A stretch of 64,000 nt of DNA from an uncultured Chloroflexia bacterium. GTDB taxonomy: Bacteria; Chloroflexota; Limnocylindria; QHBO01. Below the pieces are notes generated by a model. The model had not been told where the DNA came from and did not search any database. It was given only the letters and a program-made list of their open reading frames with translations. The stretch covers positions 249,994 to 313,993 of the forward strand of contig CAWEPF010000008.1 of the NCBI GenBank assembly GCA_963810925.1, written 5' to 3'. A program made the translations under genes and the position numbers. Numbering within the stretch: the stretch's first letter is position 1; each line of letters starts with the position of its first letter. Below are positions 19,448-30,020 of this stretch, one piece after another.

Positions 19448-20229
19448 GCGAGTACGACGACCCAACCACCACCGAGCAGCCATCGGCCAACGGTCCGAGT
19501 GACGACGAAGGGACCAGGCTCACCGAGCCCGTCATGGGAGCGAACGGCGCGCAGACGTCGGACGAGGAGGTGGCGTCCCCCCGGGCGGCCCTCGACAGCG
19601 ACCTGCGGGCAGTCAAGGACGACGTGTTGCGCCTGGGAGCGCTCGTCGAGGTTGCCCTGGAACGCGCCGGCCGCGCGGTCGTCGAGCGCGACGCCGAGCT
19701 GGCTGACCGCGTTCGCTGGGATGACGCGGAGGTCAACGACCTGCAACGACGGGTGAGCAACGAGATCGCCGTCACCCTTGCCACCCAGCAGCCCATGGCG
19801 CGCGATCTGCGGGAGTTGCTGGCGCTCTACCACGCAGCCGCGGAATTGGAGCGCATGGGCGATTACGCCGTGAATATCGCCAAGCTGGCCCAACAGCTGG
19901 CCTCGGAGCCGGAGATCCCGATGTTCGGGCAGATCCCGCTCATGGAACGCCTGTGCCGCTCGCAGTTGCGGGCCGCCATGCGGGCCCTCGTTGATGTCAG
20001 CGAGGCCGATGCCCGGGCGGTGTGCGCGAACGACGACGAGCTGGATCGGCTGTACGACGCGGTCTATCGCGGGGCCATGGAGTTCATGCAGGCCGATCCA
20101 ACCCGCGTCCCGCAGGCCACCCACCTGATCTTCATCGCGCACCACCTCGAGCGGCTGGGAGATCGGGTCACGAACATCGGCGAGGACGTGGTGTACCTCG
20201 CCACCGGCCAGATCGAGGACCTGAACTGA
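19444..20229 (+). CDS. phoU: phosphate signalling complex protein PhoU
   Basis: Two PhoU repeats ([14 protein letters not shown] and [14 protein letters not shown]). ATGA overlap with pstB. Acidic N-terminal extension of about 45 aa. Confidence 0.85.
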   Translation: MSEYDDPTTTEQPSANGPSDDEGTRLTEPVMGANGAQTSDEEVASPRAALDSDLRAVKDDVLRLGALVEVALERAGRAVVERDAELADRVRWDDAEVNDLQRRVSNEIAVTLATQQPMARDLRELLALYHAAAELERMGDYAVNIAKLAQQLASEPEIPMFGQIPLMERLCRSQLRAAMRALVDVSEADARAVCANDDELDRLYDAVYRGAMEFMQADPTRVPQATHLIFIAHHLERLGDRVTNIGEDVVYLATGQIEDLN

Positions 20230-20924
20230 AGCGACGGATCCTGGTCGTCGAGGACGACCGAACGCTCCGCCAGGCGCTGACCTTCAACCTGACCCGCGAG
20301 GGATACGACGTTTCGAGCGCGGTCGATGGGGAGCAGGCGCTCGCGGCCGGCCGCGACCGGAGAGCGGATCTGATCCTGCTCGACCTCATGCTCCCCGGCA
20401 TGAGCGGCCTCGAAGTCCTCCGGGTCCTGCGCCGAGAGGGGGTCGATACCCCGGTCATCATCCTGTCCGCCAAGGGCGACGAGGTTGACAAGGTGGTGGG
20501 CCTCAAGGTCGGGGCCGATGACTACGTCCCCAAGCCGTTCAGCCGGCCCGAGCTGCTGGCGCGGGTCGAGGCGGTCCTGAGGCGCGACGGTCGGAGCGTT
20601 GCCGAGCAATCCGAGGGACGGGAGATGGTCGCCTCTGGATCGATCGAAATCGACGTGGCCCGACGGGAGGTCACGATGCAGGGCACCCCCTTGTCGCTGA
20701 CCACCAAGGAGTTCGACCTGCTCGCGCTGTTCGCGGCGCACCCGGGTCAGATCTTCACCCGCCACCAGCTCCTCTCGCGGATCTGGGGATTCGACTACGA
20801 CGGAACCGATCGCACGGTGGACGTCCATGTGAGCTGGCTGCGGACGAAGCTGCGCCGGATGGATGGGCACGACTACTTCCGGACGGTGCGCGGCGTCGGC
20901 TACGCATTTCGCCCTCGACCGTGA
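20226..20924 (+). CDS. OmpR/PhoB-family response regulator
   Basis: RILVVEDD...DLILLDLMLPGMSG receiver domain plus a winged-helix C-terminus (RTVDVHVSWLRTKL). There is no ATG, GTG or TTG near the N-terminus. CTG at 20226 overlaps the phoU stop (CTGA). Confidence 0.8.
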   Translation: MKRRILVVEDDRTLRQALTFNLTREGYDVSSAVDGEQALAAGRDRRADLILLDLMLPGMSGLEVLRVLRREGVDTPVIILSAKGDEVDKVVGLKVGADDYVPKPFSRPELLARVEAVLRRDGRSVAEQSEGREMVASGSIEIDVARREVTMQGTPLSLTTKEFDLLALFAAHPGQIFTRHQLLSRIWGFDYDGTDRTVDVHVSWLRTKLRRMDGHDYFRTVRGVGYAFRPRP

Positions 20925-22015
20925 CCGATTCGGACGTCCTGGCTGCGCTCTTCGGCCGCGCCGGCGACGACGCGCTGGTGGTGGTGGATCCCGACCTCCG
21001 CATCGTGCGCGCCTCGACCGAGGCCGCGGACCTGGCAGACCGTTCGATCCCGGAGCTGGGCGGGATGAGCCTGATTGCCGCCTTTGGGTCGGCCGCCCTC
21101 GACGAGGCCGCACGGTCGGCGCTGTCGGGTGGACCGTGGCCACGCGATCCAACCCCGGTGCGCATCGGACGCCGCGAGTTCGAGGCCATCGTCGTCTCGA
21201 TGGGAGGCGCGGGCCTGGTGCTGTGGCTCCACGACGTCACGGCGGCCCGGCGGGCGGGGCAGGCGCGACGCGACTTCGTGGCCAACATCAGCCACGAGCT
21301 GCGAACGCCCCTGGCCTCGATCAAGCTGCTGGCCGAAACCCTGGCCGACGGGGCGGTCGCGGATGAAGCGACGGGTCGCGAATTCGCGGTCCACATCCAG
21401 CGCGAGGTGGACCATCTCGCCCAGCTGGTGGATGAGCTCCTGGACCTGTCCATGATCGAGTCGGGGGAAACCGTTCTAGCCATCGGACCTGCCGACCCAT
21501 CGGAAGTCATCAACGGGGTTGCCGACCGGATCGGTCCGATCGCAGCTCGACGAGAGATCGGTATCCGGGTCGTCGAACCCACCGGGGCGGATGCCCAAGA
21601 GGTTCGCGTCGGGGCTGACCCATCTCGCCTTTCGCAGGCGCTCCTCAACCTCGCCCACAATGCGGTGAAGTTCAGCAACCCAGACTCGGAGGTGCGTCTG
21701 GGCTGGGACCCGCACCGGGGCGTCGTCCGGTTCTGGGTCGCCGACGACGGGGTCGGCATTCCCCTCGCCCACCGCGAGCGGGTCTTCGAGCGCTTCTACA
21801 AGGTCGACCGTGCCCGGGCGCGGGGCGGAGCGGGCGACCGCGGCGACGACGTGGGTGGGGTGAGCGCCGGACTGGGGCTGGCCATCGTGCGGCACATCGC
21901 CGAGGCGCACGACGGGTCGGTGGGCTTCGAGAGCGAAGAGGGCGTGGGATCGACCTTCTGGATCGACGTCCCCGTGACCGGTGACGAACCCTACTCGGAG
22001 CCGGCCGCCTCCTGA
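20921..22015 (+). CDS. soluble PAS-like sensor histidine kinase (PhoR-like)
   Basis: H-box ISHELRTPL, N-box LLNLAHNAVKF, and G-boxes DDGVGI and GLGLAIV. No TM segment. GTGA overlap with the response regulator gene. Confidence 0.8.
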   Translation: MTDSDVLAALFGRAGDDALVVVDPDLRIVRASTEAADLADRSIPELGGMSLIAAFGSAALDEAARSALSGGPWPRDPTPVRIGRREFEAIVVSMGGAGLVLWLHDVTAARRAGQARRDFVANISHELRTPLASIKLLAETLADGAVADEATGREFAVHIQREVDHLAQLVDELLDLSMIESGETVLAIGPADPSEVINGVADRIGPIAARREIGIRVVEPTGADAQEVRVGADPSRLSQALLNLAHNAVKFSNPDSEVRLGWDPHRGVVRFWVADDGVGIPLAHRERVFERFYKVDRARARGGAGDRGDDVGGVSAGLGLAIVRHIAEAHDGSVGFESEEGVGSTFWIDVPVTGDEPYSEPAAS

Positions 22016-23031
22016 CGGAGGGCCCGGATCATCGGCACCCGGCCGTCGTCGGGGGCGATCTCCAGGAACCGATCAAACGCGTCCACCGCCGTCTCGGCGT
22101 CGCCATCCCCGCGCCACGCGATGAGCCCCTCGAAGAACGGGACGTCCGGCGAGTCAGGGGCGATGGTGGCCAGGGCATCGGTGGTCGCGGCGGCATCGGT
22201 CCAGTCCTCCGCACGCACGTAGGCGCTGATCAGCTTTGGATACGGGTCGGGATCGTCCGGATTGAGACCGATGAGCGCGATGAGCACCACCGCGGCCTTC
22301 TGCAGGTCCTCGCCGCTCGAACCGGCCAGGTAGGCGTCGGCCAGGTCGGACAGGGCCACTTGATCGACCGGATTGGCCTGGAGCTGGGTCAGGAGGGCCT
22401 GGATCGTGTCCTGACGGGCGGCTTCGTCGGCCTGGGCCTGGGCGAGCGGTTCGTTGACGACCGTCTGGCCGGCCAGGCTGACCGGCTCGGGCATGAAGTA
22501 GCCAACCGCCACGGCGACCGCGAGGACGACGGCCGCCCCGGTCGCGAGGCGGCGGGCGCGCGACGAGGACATCCCGGGAGCGGGCGGAGTCGCCGAGCCG
22601 GAGGTCCCGTCGCCCGGTTCGTGCGCCAGCTCGGGCTCCACGCCCGTGGGCGATCGGCGGCCGAGCAGCCACCAGCCCAGGATGACGGCGCCGACCGCGG
22701 TCGCCAGCAGCGGGATGAGCCACGGAACCGGTCCCGGCGGGGTGAGCCGGATCCAGTCGCCGTAGCGGGCCACGAACGAGTCGATGATCTGCGCCTCGGT
22801 CCGTCCGGCGGCCAGCTGTTCGGCCACCTCGCGCCGCACCTCGGCGGCGGCCTGGGTGGGCGAGTCGGCCGCGGAGAGCCCCGCGCAGTCGGGGCAGCGC
22901 AGCTCCGAGGCCACGGCGCGCACCTGTTCCTCGGCGGTGGGCGTGGACGGGGGCCGGGACAGGATGGCGACGAGCCCGATCACGGCCACCACCGCGATCA
23001 CCGCCCCGAACGCCCACCATCGACCGGTCAT
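21991..23031 (-). CDS. ccmH: cytochrome c-type biogenesis protein CcmH with C-terminal TPR (CcmI-like) extension
   Basis: LRCPDC motif, two TM segments, then TPR-like repeats. ATGA overlap with ccmG. The 3' end overlaps the convergent kinase gene by 25 nt. Confidence 0.75.
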   Translation of the reverse strand: MTGRWWAFGAVIAVVAVIGLVAILSRPPSTPTAEEQVRAVASELRCPDCAGLSAADSPTQAAAEVRREVAEQLAAGRTEAQIIDSFVARYGDWIRLTPPGPVPWLIPLLATAVGAVILGWWLLGRRSPTGVEPELAHEPGDGTSGSATPPAPGMSSSRARRLATGAAVVLAVAVAVGYFMPEPVSLAGQTVVNEPLAQAQADEAARQDTIQALLTQLQANPVDQVALSDLADAYLAGSSGEDLQKAAVVLIALIGLNPDDPDPYPKLISAYVRAEDWTDAAATTDALATIAPDSPDVPFFEGLIAWRGDGDAETAVDAFDRFLEIAPDDGRVPMIRALRQEAAGSE

Positions 23032-23555
23032 TCGACCACCCCGATCTGGGCCAGGTAGTCGCTCAGCGTCGCATCGGTCAGGGGCCCGTAGTGCTTGGCC
23101 TGCACGATCCCGTCCGCATCCACGAAGAAGGTCTCCGGGGGGCCGAGCACGCCGTACGCCAGGGCCACGGCGCCATCGGCGTCATCGGTCTGCGGCCATC
23201 CCCCGTCGCCGTAGGTCACCAGGAACTCGAGCGCGTCAGCCGGATTGTCGTCATACAGCACGCCCACGATCTGGACCTGGTCCCCATAGCGGTCCTGGGC
23301 GTCCAGGAGGACCGGGTGCTCCTCCACGCAGGCCGGCTTGCACCAGCTGGCCCAGAAGTTGATCACCATCGGTTTCCCGGCCAGGTGCGCGGACGACAGG
23401 GTGTCGCCGTCCAGCGTCGTGAGGGTGAACGACGGCATGGGTTGACCGATCAGCGGCGACGGGATCTCCGAGGGGTCGCGGCCCAGACCGATGAACAGGA
23501 CCCACCCGATCGGGATGGCCAGCAGCGGGACGAGGAGCCACCGGGCGCGACGCAT
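23028..23555 (-). CDS. ccmG: thiol:disulfide oxidoreductase CcmG/DsbE (TlpA-like) with an atypical CxxxC site
   Basis: N-terminal TM segment and thioredoxin fold. The active site reads FWASWCKPACVEEH. ATG at 23555 lies just after the ccmF stop. Confidence 0.75.
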   Translation of the reverse strand: MRRARWLLVPLLAIPIGWVLFIGLGRDPSEIPSPLIGQPMPSFTLTTLDGDTLSSAHLAGKPMVINFWASWCKPACVEEHPVLLDAQDRYGDQVQIVGVLYDDNPADALEFLVTYGDGGWPQTDDADGAVALAYGVLGPPETFFVDADGIVQAKHYGPLTDATLSDYLAQIGVVE

Positions 23556-23559
23556 GGGC

Positions 23560-25516
<1,957 letters not shown>

Positions 25517-25526
25517 CAGGACGCGC

Positions 25527-25982
25527 TCAGTCGGCTGGGTAGACGAGGGGCGATGGCAGCGCGCCTTCAGTGGGCGCCACGTAGTTCTCGTCGTGCTTGA
25601 CGAGCACCTCCTCCGCCTCGAATACCCCGTTCGCCCCCAGCGTTCCCTCGACAACGGCCCCGGCACCCTCGCGGAACGAGCTGGCCGGCGCGACCGACGA
25701 GTGGACGGTGATCTCGGTGTGGCCGTCGGTCAGGACGAAGGTCAGGTCCGTGGCGGTCCCCGAGATGCTGCCCGCGGCCACGAGACCGCCGAGGCGGACC
25801 GATTGGCCGACTGCGGCGTCACCCCGGGCGGCGAGCTCGGTAGGGGTCAGGTAGTAGACCAGCGCGTTCCCGACCCCGCTGAACGCCAGCCAACCGATGA
25901 CGGCGAGGATCGCGAATCCCACCAACCAGGGCCCCCAGCTGCGCCGTCGGGCGGGGGGCGGGACCGGGGTCGCGACGGTCAT
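25527..25982 (-). CDS. ccmE: heme chaperone CcmE
   Basis: N-terminal TM segment, OB-fold region and heme-binding motif LVKHDENYVAP. Confidence 0.85.
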   Translation of the reverse strand: MTVATPVPPPARRRSWGPWLVGFAILAVIGWLAFSGVGNALVYYLTPTELAARGDAAVGQSVRLGGLVAAGSISGTATDLTFVLTDGHTEITVHSSVAPASSFREGAGAVVEGTLGANGVFEAEEVLVKHDENYVAPTEGALPSPLVYPAD

Positions 25983-26149
25983 GCGCTCCGGTCGTCTCCC
26001 GATTCGGGGGCATTCGGTGCCGCGGGCGGCGCGGCCGCGGCGCGGGCCGCGCGCAGACGACGAGCCAGGCTGATCGAGTACACCGCGACCGCGGTCAGGA
26101 TCACGCCGTAGGCAGCCGCCACGAAGGCGAGATCGGGCACGTCACTCAC
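25979..26149 (-). CDS. ccmD: heme exporter protein CcmD (56 aa, below the ORF-track cutoff)
   Basis: Translated by hand: VSDVPDLAFVAAAYGVILTAVAVYSISLARRLRAARAA.... It has a single TM segment. GTGA overlap with the ccmC stop and ATGA overlap with the ccmE start. Confidence 0.5.
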   Translation of the reverse strand: MSDVPDLAFVAAAYGVILTAVAVYSISLARRLRAARAAAAPPAAPNAPESGDDRSA

Positions 26150-26902
26150 GGCATCGGCTCCCGCATCGGCTCTGGCATCGGCTCACCCCGCGGCTCCGGG
26201 GCGGACACGGCAAGCCCGGGGAGGGCCCCGCGACGGGCCGCTTCCTCGGCGTCCCACTCGAGGCGCGCCAGCCGGTAGCGGGTGACCATCATCCACAGCC
26301 ACACGAGCATGAACGCACCGAGCATGAGGAGCAGCGCGGCCACGAACTGGCCGGGCGCCGCGGGATTGATGATCTTGTCGGGCGACCCGAAGGTCGGTCC
26401 CTGGTGCAGCCCGCGCCACCACACCACGCTGAAGTGGACGACCGGGATGTCGATCGCGGCGATGATCCCGACCACGGCCCCCCGCGTCGCTCGGCGCTCG
26501 GGCTCATCGGTCAGGCGGCGGATGAGCAGGTAGCCCACGTACAGGGCCAGCAGGAGCGCCGTTGTGGACAGGCGCGGGTCCTCCCACTGCCAGAACGTCC
26601 CCCACACCGGCTTGCCCCACATCATCCCAGCCCAGATCGCGGCCGCCGTGAAGAGGACGCCGACCTCCGCGCCGGCCAAGCGCCACCGCATCGGCTCGCG
26701 GGTCGCGCCGGACGAGCCACCAGATAGACGCCAGGGCCGTGATCCCGAAGGAGAAATACGCCAGCCAGGCACTGGCCACGTGGATGTACATCGTGCGCTG
26801 TGCGTCGCCCTGGTTGAGGTCCGCCGGCACGACGAACAGCGCGAACACGACCGCACCGATGACGGCGACGACCGCGCTGACGGCGAGCACCCGCATGGCC
26901 AT
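26146..26902 (-). pseudogene. ccmC: heme exporter protein CcmC, one frame break as sequenced
   Basis: The N-terminus (RTMYIHVASAWLAYFSF) is in track ORF 26504-26902. The WWD motif WGKPVWGTFWQWEDPRLSTT is in the 26146-28029 frame. The frame break lies at about 26695-26710. Confidence 0.8.
26150..26185 (-). repeat. three imperfect 12-nt tandem repeats inside the ccmC 3' end
   Basis: ggcatcggctcc / cgcatcggctct / ggcatcggctca, encoding the EPMPEPMREPMP tail. Confidence 0.5.
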
Positions 26903-26909
26903 CGGTCTT

Positions 26910-27599
26910 CTACTCCTCGAGGGCCAGCCCGTAGGCCAGCCCGCCGGCCAGGAGCATGACCAGGTCGTAGCCGATCAAAAGCTGCAGCCACGCGCTGACC
27001 TCGCCGAACGGGTCGCCGGCGATGAGCCCGACGGTGGCGCTCACCGCGGCCAGCAGGAGCGGGGCGATGACCGGCAGGAGCAGGAGGGGCAGGAGCACCT
27101 CGCGGGCGCGCAGGCGAATGGTGAGCCCCGCGTACAGGGTGCCCACCGCCGCGAAGCCCGCGGCGCCCAGGACGATGACCACGACCAGTCCCGGCAGCGA
27201 ACCCGCCGGGTCGAGGGCGTAGAGGATGACCGTCAGGGGCAGGACCAGTGCTCCCAGGGCGACCATGGCCGCGAAACCGCCCAGGGCCTTGCCCAGGTAG
27301 ATGGCCGAGCGCGGGACGGGATACAGGGCCAGGAGCTCGAAGGCTCCGTCGTCCGTCTCGAGGTGGTGAATCCGGCCCAGGGCGAGGACGCCGCTCAGCA
27401 CGACCGCCAGCCACAGGAGCCCGGGCGCGGCGGTCGCCAGCCGGGCCTGGTCCGGGCCCAGGGCGAAGCCGAAGATGAGGAGCGTCAAGGCGGCCAGGAA
27501 CAAGGTGGAGGTCACCGCCTGGCGGCCGCGCAGCTCGGCGCGCAGGTCCTTGGCCGCGATCGTGCGCGCCACCGACCAATGCAGGGCCACGGTGCTCAT
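26910..27599 (-). CDS. ccmB: heme exporter permease CcmB
   Basis: 229 aa with 6 TM segments, positioned between ccmA and ccmC. ATGA overlap with the ccmA stop. Confidence 0.75.
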   Translation of the reverse strand: MSTVALHWSVARTIAAKDLRAELRGRQAVTSTLFLAALTLLIFGFALGPDQARLATAAPGLLWLAVVLSGVLALGRIHHLETDDGAFELLALYPVPRSAIYLGKALGGFAAMVALGALVLPLTVILYALDPAGSLPGLVVVIVLGAAGFAAVGTLYAGLTIRLRAREVLLPLLLLPVIAPLLLAAVSATVGLIAGDPFGEVSAWLQLLIGYDLVMLLAGGLAYGLALEE

Positions 27600-28375
27600 C
27601 GGCCGGCCGCCGGTACCGCCGCCCCGACCCGCGGTTGCGGCGCGGCGCCCACGACGAGGCCCTCCACCCCGCTGCCGCCCACCTCGGCCAGGAGACCGTC
27701 TTCCAGGCGCATCCAGCCATCGGCCCACGCGGAGAGGCGCTCGTCGGCGTGGGTGGCCACCAGGATCGTGGCGCCACCCGTGCGCCACTGGTCAAGCAGC
27801 CCGTCAACGATGCCCATCCCATCGGCGTCCAGGGCAGAATACGGCTCGTCGAGGAGCACCAGCCGCGGATGGCCGAGCAGGAGCCGTCCCAACGCGAGCC
27901 GGCGGCGCATGCCCGCCGAGAAACGCCCGACCCGGGCATCGCGCTCGGACGCCAGCCCAACCCGCTCGAGCGCAGCCGCAATCCGGTCCTCGCGATCGGG
28001 ACGCGGGACGCCACCCAGGTCCGCGGCAAAACGCAGGTTCTCGGTCGCGGTCAGGTCGTCGTACAGGCCAGTGGCGTGGGGCAGGACGGCGACCCGGCGA
28101 CGCACCTCATCAGGACGCTGCGCCACGTCGATGCCGTCCACGAAGGCGGACCCGAAGGAGGGTCGGAGCGACGTGGCCAGGACGCGGAGCAGGGTGGTCT
28201 TGCCCGCTCCATTGGGCCCCAACACCGCGATCGCGCGACCCGGCTGGACGCGCAGCGTGACGCCGGCGAGAGCCGGGCTGCGGCGGAACAGGCGGGCCAG
28301 GTCTCGGGTCTCGGCCGCCGGCGTGGTCTCATCGGGGACCCCCGTCGGGCGGACGTGAATGGTGGTCGGGGGCAT
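27596..28375 (-). CDS. ccmA: heme exporter ATPase CcmA
   Basis: GPNGAGKTT Walker A, FSAGMRRRL signature and LVLLDEP Walker B. I chose the ATG at 28375. Confidence 0.8.
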   Translation of the reverse strand: MPPTTIHVRPTGVPDETTPAAETRDLARLFRRSPALAGVTLRVQPGRAIAVLGPNGAGKTTLLRVLATSLRPSFGSAFVDGIDVAQRPDEVRRRVAVLPHATGLYDDLTATENLRFAADLGGVPRPDREDRIAAALERVGLASERDARVGRFSAGMRRRLALGRLLLGHPRLVLLDEPYSALDADGMGIVDGLLDQWRTGGATILVATHADERLSAWADGWMRLEDGLLAEVGGSGVEGLVVGAAPQPRVGAAVPAAGR

Positions 28376-28486
28376 GCCTCGTCCAATGCACGGAGGGGCG
28401 GGTGGCATGAGTGTGCGACCTGCCCCACAATGCGTCAAATACCCCGCTTCGCGGTCCCGGGCGTCGCCACAGGAGATCAAATCAGC

Positions 28487-28870
28487 ATGTCCACCATCGC
28501 TTCCGCTCCCCGATTCCGGCCCGTTATGGCCGTCGCCCTGACCCTGCTGATGGTGGTGTCGCTCGCGGCCTGCAGCAACTCGGCCTCGCCGTCCGGCGGC
28601 GGTGACGTGACCACGGTCACCATCCAGGGCCGCTCGTTCGGCGACGACATCACCGTCCCGGTCGGAACGACCGTCGTGTTCCACAACGCCGATGGCTTCA
28701 CCCACACGGTCACCAACGGGACCGCTGGCGTGGCGGTCGAGGATCCGCTGTTCGACATGGAGGTCCCAGCCGGCACCGACAGCGATCCCATCGTGTTCGA
28801 CACGGCAGGCGTGTACGACGTGACGTGCCGGATCCACACCTCCATGCACCTGGTCATCACGGTCGAGTAG
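28487..28870 (+). CDS. cupredoxin (type-1 blue copper) lipoprotein
   Basis: AGGAGA lies 10 nt before the ATG. Lipobox SLAAC. Copper ligands are His in GFTHTV and C-x2-H-x2-M in VTCRIHTSM. Confidence 0.75.
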   Translation: MSTIASAPRFRPVMAVALTLLMVVSLAACSNSASPSGGGDVTTVTIQGRSFGDDITVPVGTTVVFHNADGFTHTVTNGTAGVAVEDPLFDMEVPAGTDSDPIVFDTAGVYDVTCRIHTSMHLVITVE

Positions 28871-28920
28871 CCCGCCGAGGTTTGACCCTCCCGGGGGCCG
28901 GTGCTACCGTTCGCCGCCTC

Positions 28921-29292
28921 ATGGACGCCGGCCTTCAGGCCCAGCCCACACCCCACGGCCGCGCAGAGCGGCGGGCCCAGGCAAGCAATGCCGAGGGTGC
29001 CGCCACCGCGGCCATGACCGTATTGGGACAGAAGTGGGTGCTCCGCATCATCCACGCCCTGGGCGAGCGCACCCAGCGGTTCTGTGAGCTGCAGGACGCC
29101 CTGGGCGGCGCGAACTCGGCCACCCTCTCGCAGCGGCTGAAGCTCCTCGAGGACGAGGGCCTGATCGCGCGCCGCGTCGTGTCCAACGTCCCACCCTGGG
29201 TCGAGTACTCCCTGACGCCCAAGGGGCGCGAGCTCCACGAGGCCCTGGCCCCCATCGACCGCTGGGCGGACCGATGGGCGACCGCCTCCTGA
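28921..29292 (+). CDS. HxlR-family transcriptional regulator
   Basis: LGQKWVLRIIHAL..RFCELQ...SQRLKLLEDEGLIARRV winged-helix pattern. The start could instead be the ATG at 29014. Confidence 0.7.
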   Translation: MDAGLQAQPTPHGRAERRAQASNAEGAATAAMTVLGQKWVLRIIHALGERTQRFCELQDALGGANSATLSQRLKLLEDEGLIARRVVSNVPPWVEYSLTPKGRELHEALAPIDRWADRWATAS

Positions 29293-29302
29293 GCACAGCC
29301 GG

Positions 29303-29806
29303 GTGAGCCATCCGGTCGCCGACACGGCGCCCGGCGAGCACGTCGATGCCCTGGCCCTCGTCCGCGACACGATCGCTGACGGCAGCGCCGAGCACGCCAC
29401 CCAGCGCGTCGTGGACATCCTCCACGAACGGTTCCCCCACTACGACTGGGTGGGGATCTACTGGGTCGACCCGAGCGGCACCATGCTCGACCTGGGGTCG
29501 TGGCGCGGTCCCGAGGCCACGGAGCACACCCGGATCCCGATCGGTACCGGCATCTGCGGCGCCGCCGCGGCGTCAGGAGAAACGGAGATCGTGGACGACG
29601 TGAACGCCGACCCGCGCTACCTGGCCTGCTTCACGACCACCCGGTCGGAGATCGTGGTCCCCATCGTGGTCGAGGGCGTGGTCCTGGGCGAGATCGACAT
29701 CGACGGCTCCGACCCGGCCGCCTTCGGGCAGGCCGATGCGCTGTTCCTCGAGGAGGTGGCGGCCCTCCTCGCGCCCCTGCGACCTGCCGTCGAGAGCGCG
29801 GCCTGA
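29303..29806 (+). CDS. GAF-domain protein, free methionine-(R)-sulfoxide reductase-like
   Basis: WVGIYW...GTGICGAAA...SEIVVPI...LGEIDIDS pattern of fRMsr/YebR-type GAF proteins. Confidence 0.65.
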   Translation: MSHPVADTAPGEHVDALALVRDTIADGSAEHATQRVVDILHERFPHYDWVGIYWVDPSGTMLDLGSWRGPEATEHTRIPIGTGICGAAAASGETEIVDDVNADPRYLACFTTTRSEIVVPIVVEGVVLGEIDIDGSDPAAFGQADALFLEEVAALLAPLRPAVESAA

Positions 29807-29810
29807 CGGC

Positions 29811-30017
29811 CTACAGGCCGGCGAGGGCCATGAAGTAGGTCACCAGATAGGGCAGGGCCAGGATCAGGACGATCACGCCCAATCCCAGGCCCACCCACGC
29901 GAAGACCTTCAGGTTGGGAGGCGCGGGGTGGTCCGGCGGCGGCGACAGCCGTCGAGGCAGGTGGAGCGGCCGCTTGGGCGGCTGGTGCTCGTAGGCGTTC
30001 GGCTTCAGGTCCGGCAT
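29811..30017 (-). CDS. small Pro-rich membrane protein (68 aa)
   Basis: C-terminal TM segment (FAWVGLGLGVIVLILALPYLV). The start lies 4 nt after the stop of the transketolase-like gene. Confidence 0.4.
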   Translation of the reverse strand: MPDLKPNAYEHQPPKRPLHLPRRLSPPPDHPAPPNLKVFAWVGLGLGVIVLILALPYLVTYFMALAGL

Positions 30018-30020
30018 CGG

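Noticed and set aside
20022-20225. Upstream extension of the response regulator to the first canonical start at 20022
   Set aside because: It would overlap phoU by 204 nt in another frame and add an R/G/H-rich 68-aa leader absent from OmpR-family proteins.
26150-26185. 12-nt tandem repeat considered as a CRISPR-like or regulatory repeat
   Set aside because: There are only three imperfect copies with no spacers, and they lie inside the ccmC coding tail, where they encode the EPMP repeats.
28376-28486. Possible copper-responsive (CsoR/CopY-like) operator in the ccmA / cupredoxin divergent region (ATACCCC...GGTCCCG)
   Set aside because: The two arms are not complementary, and no convincing dyad symmetry is present.
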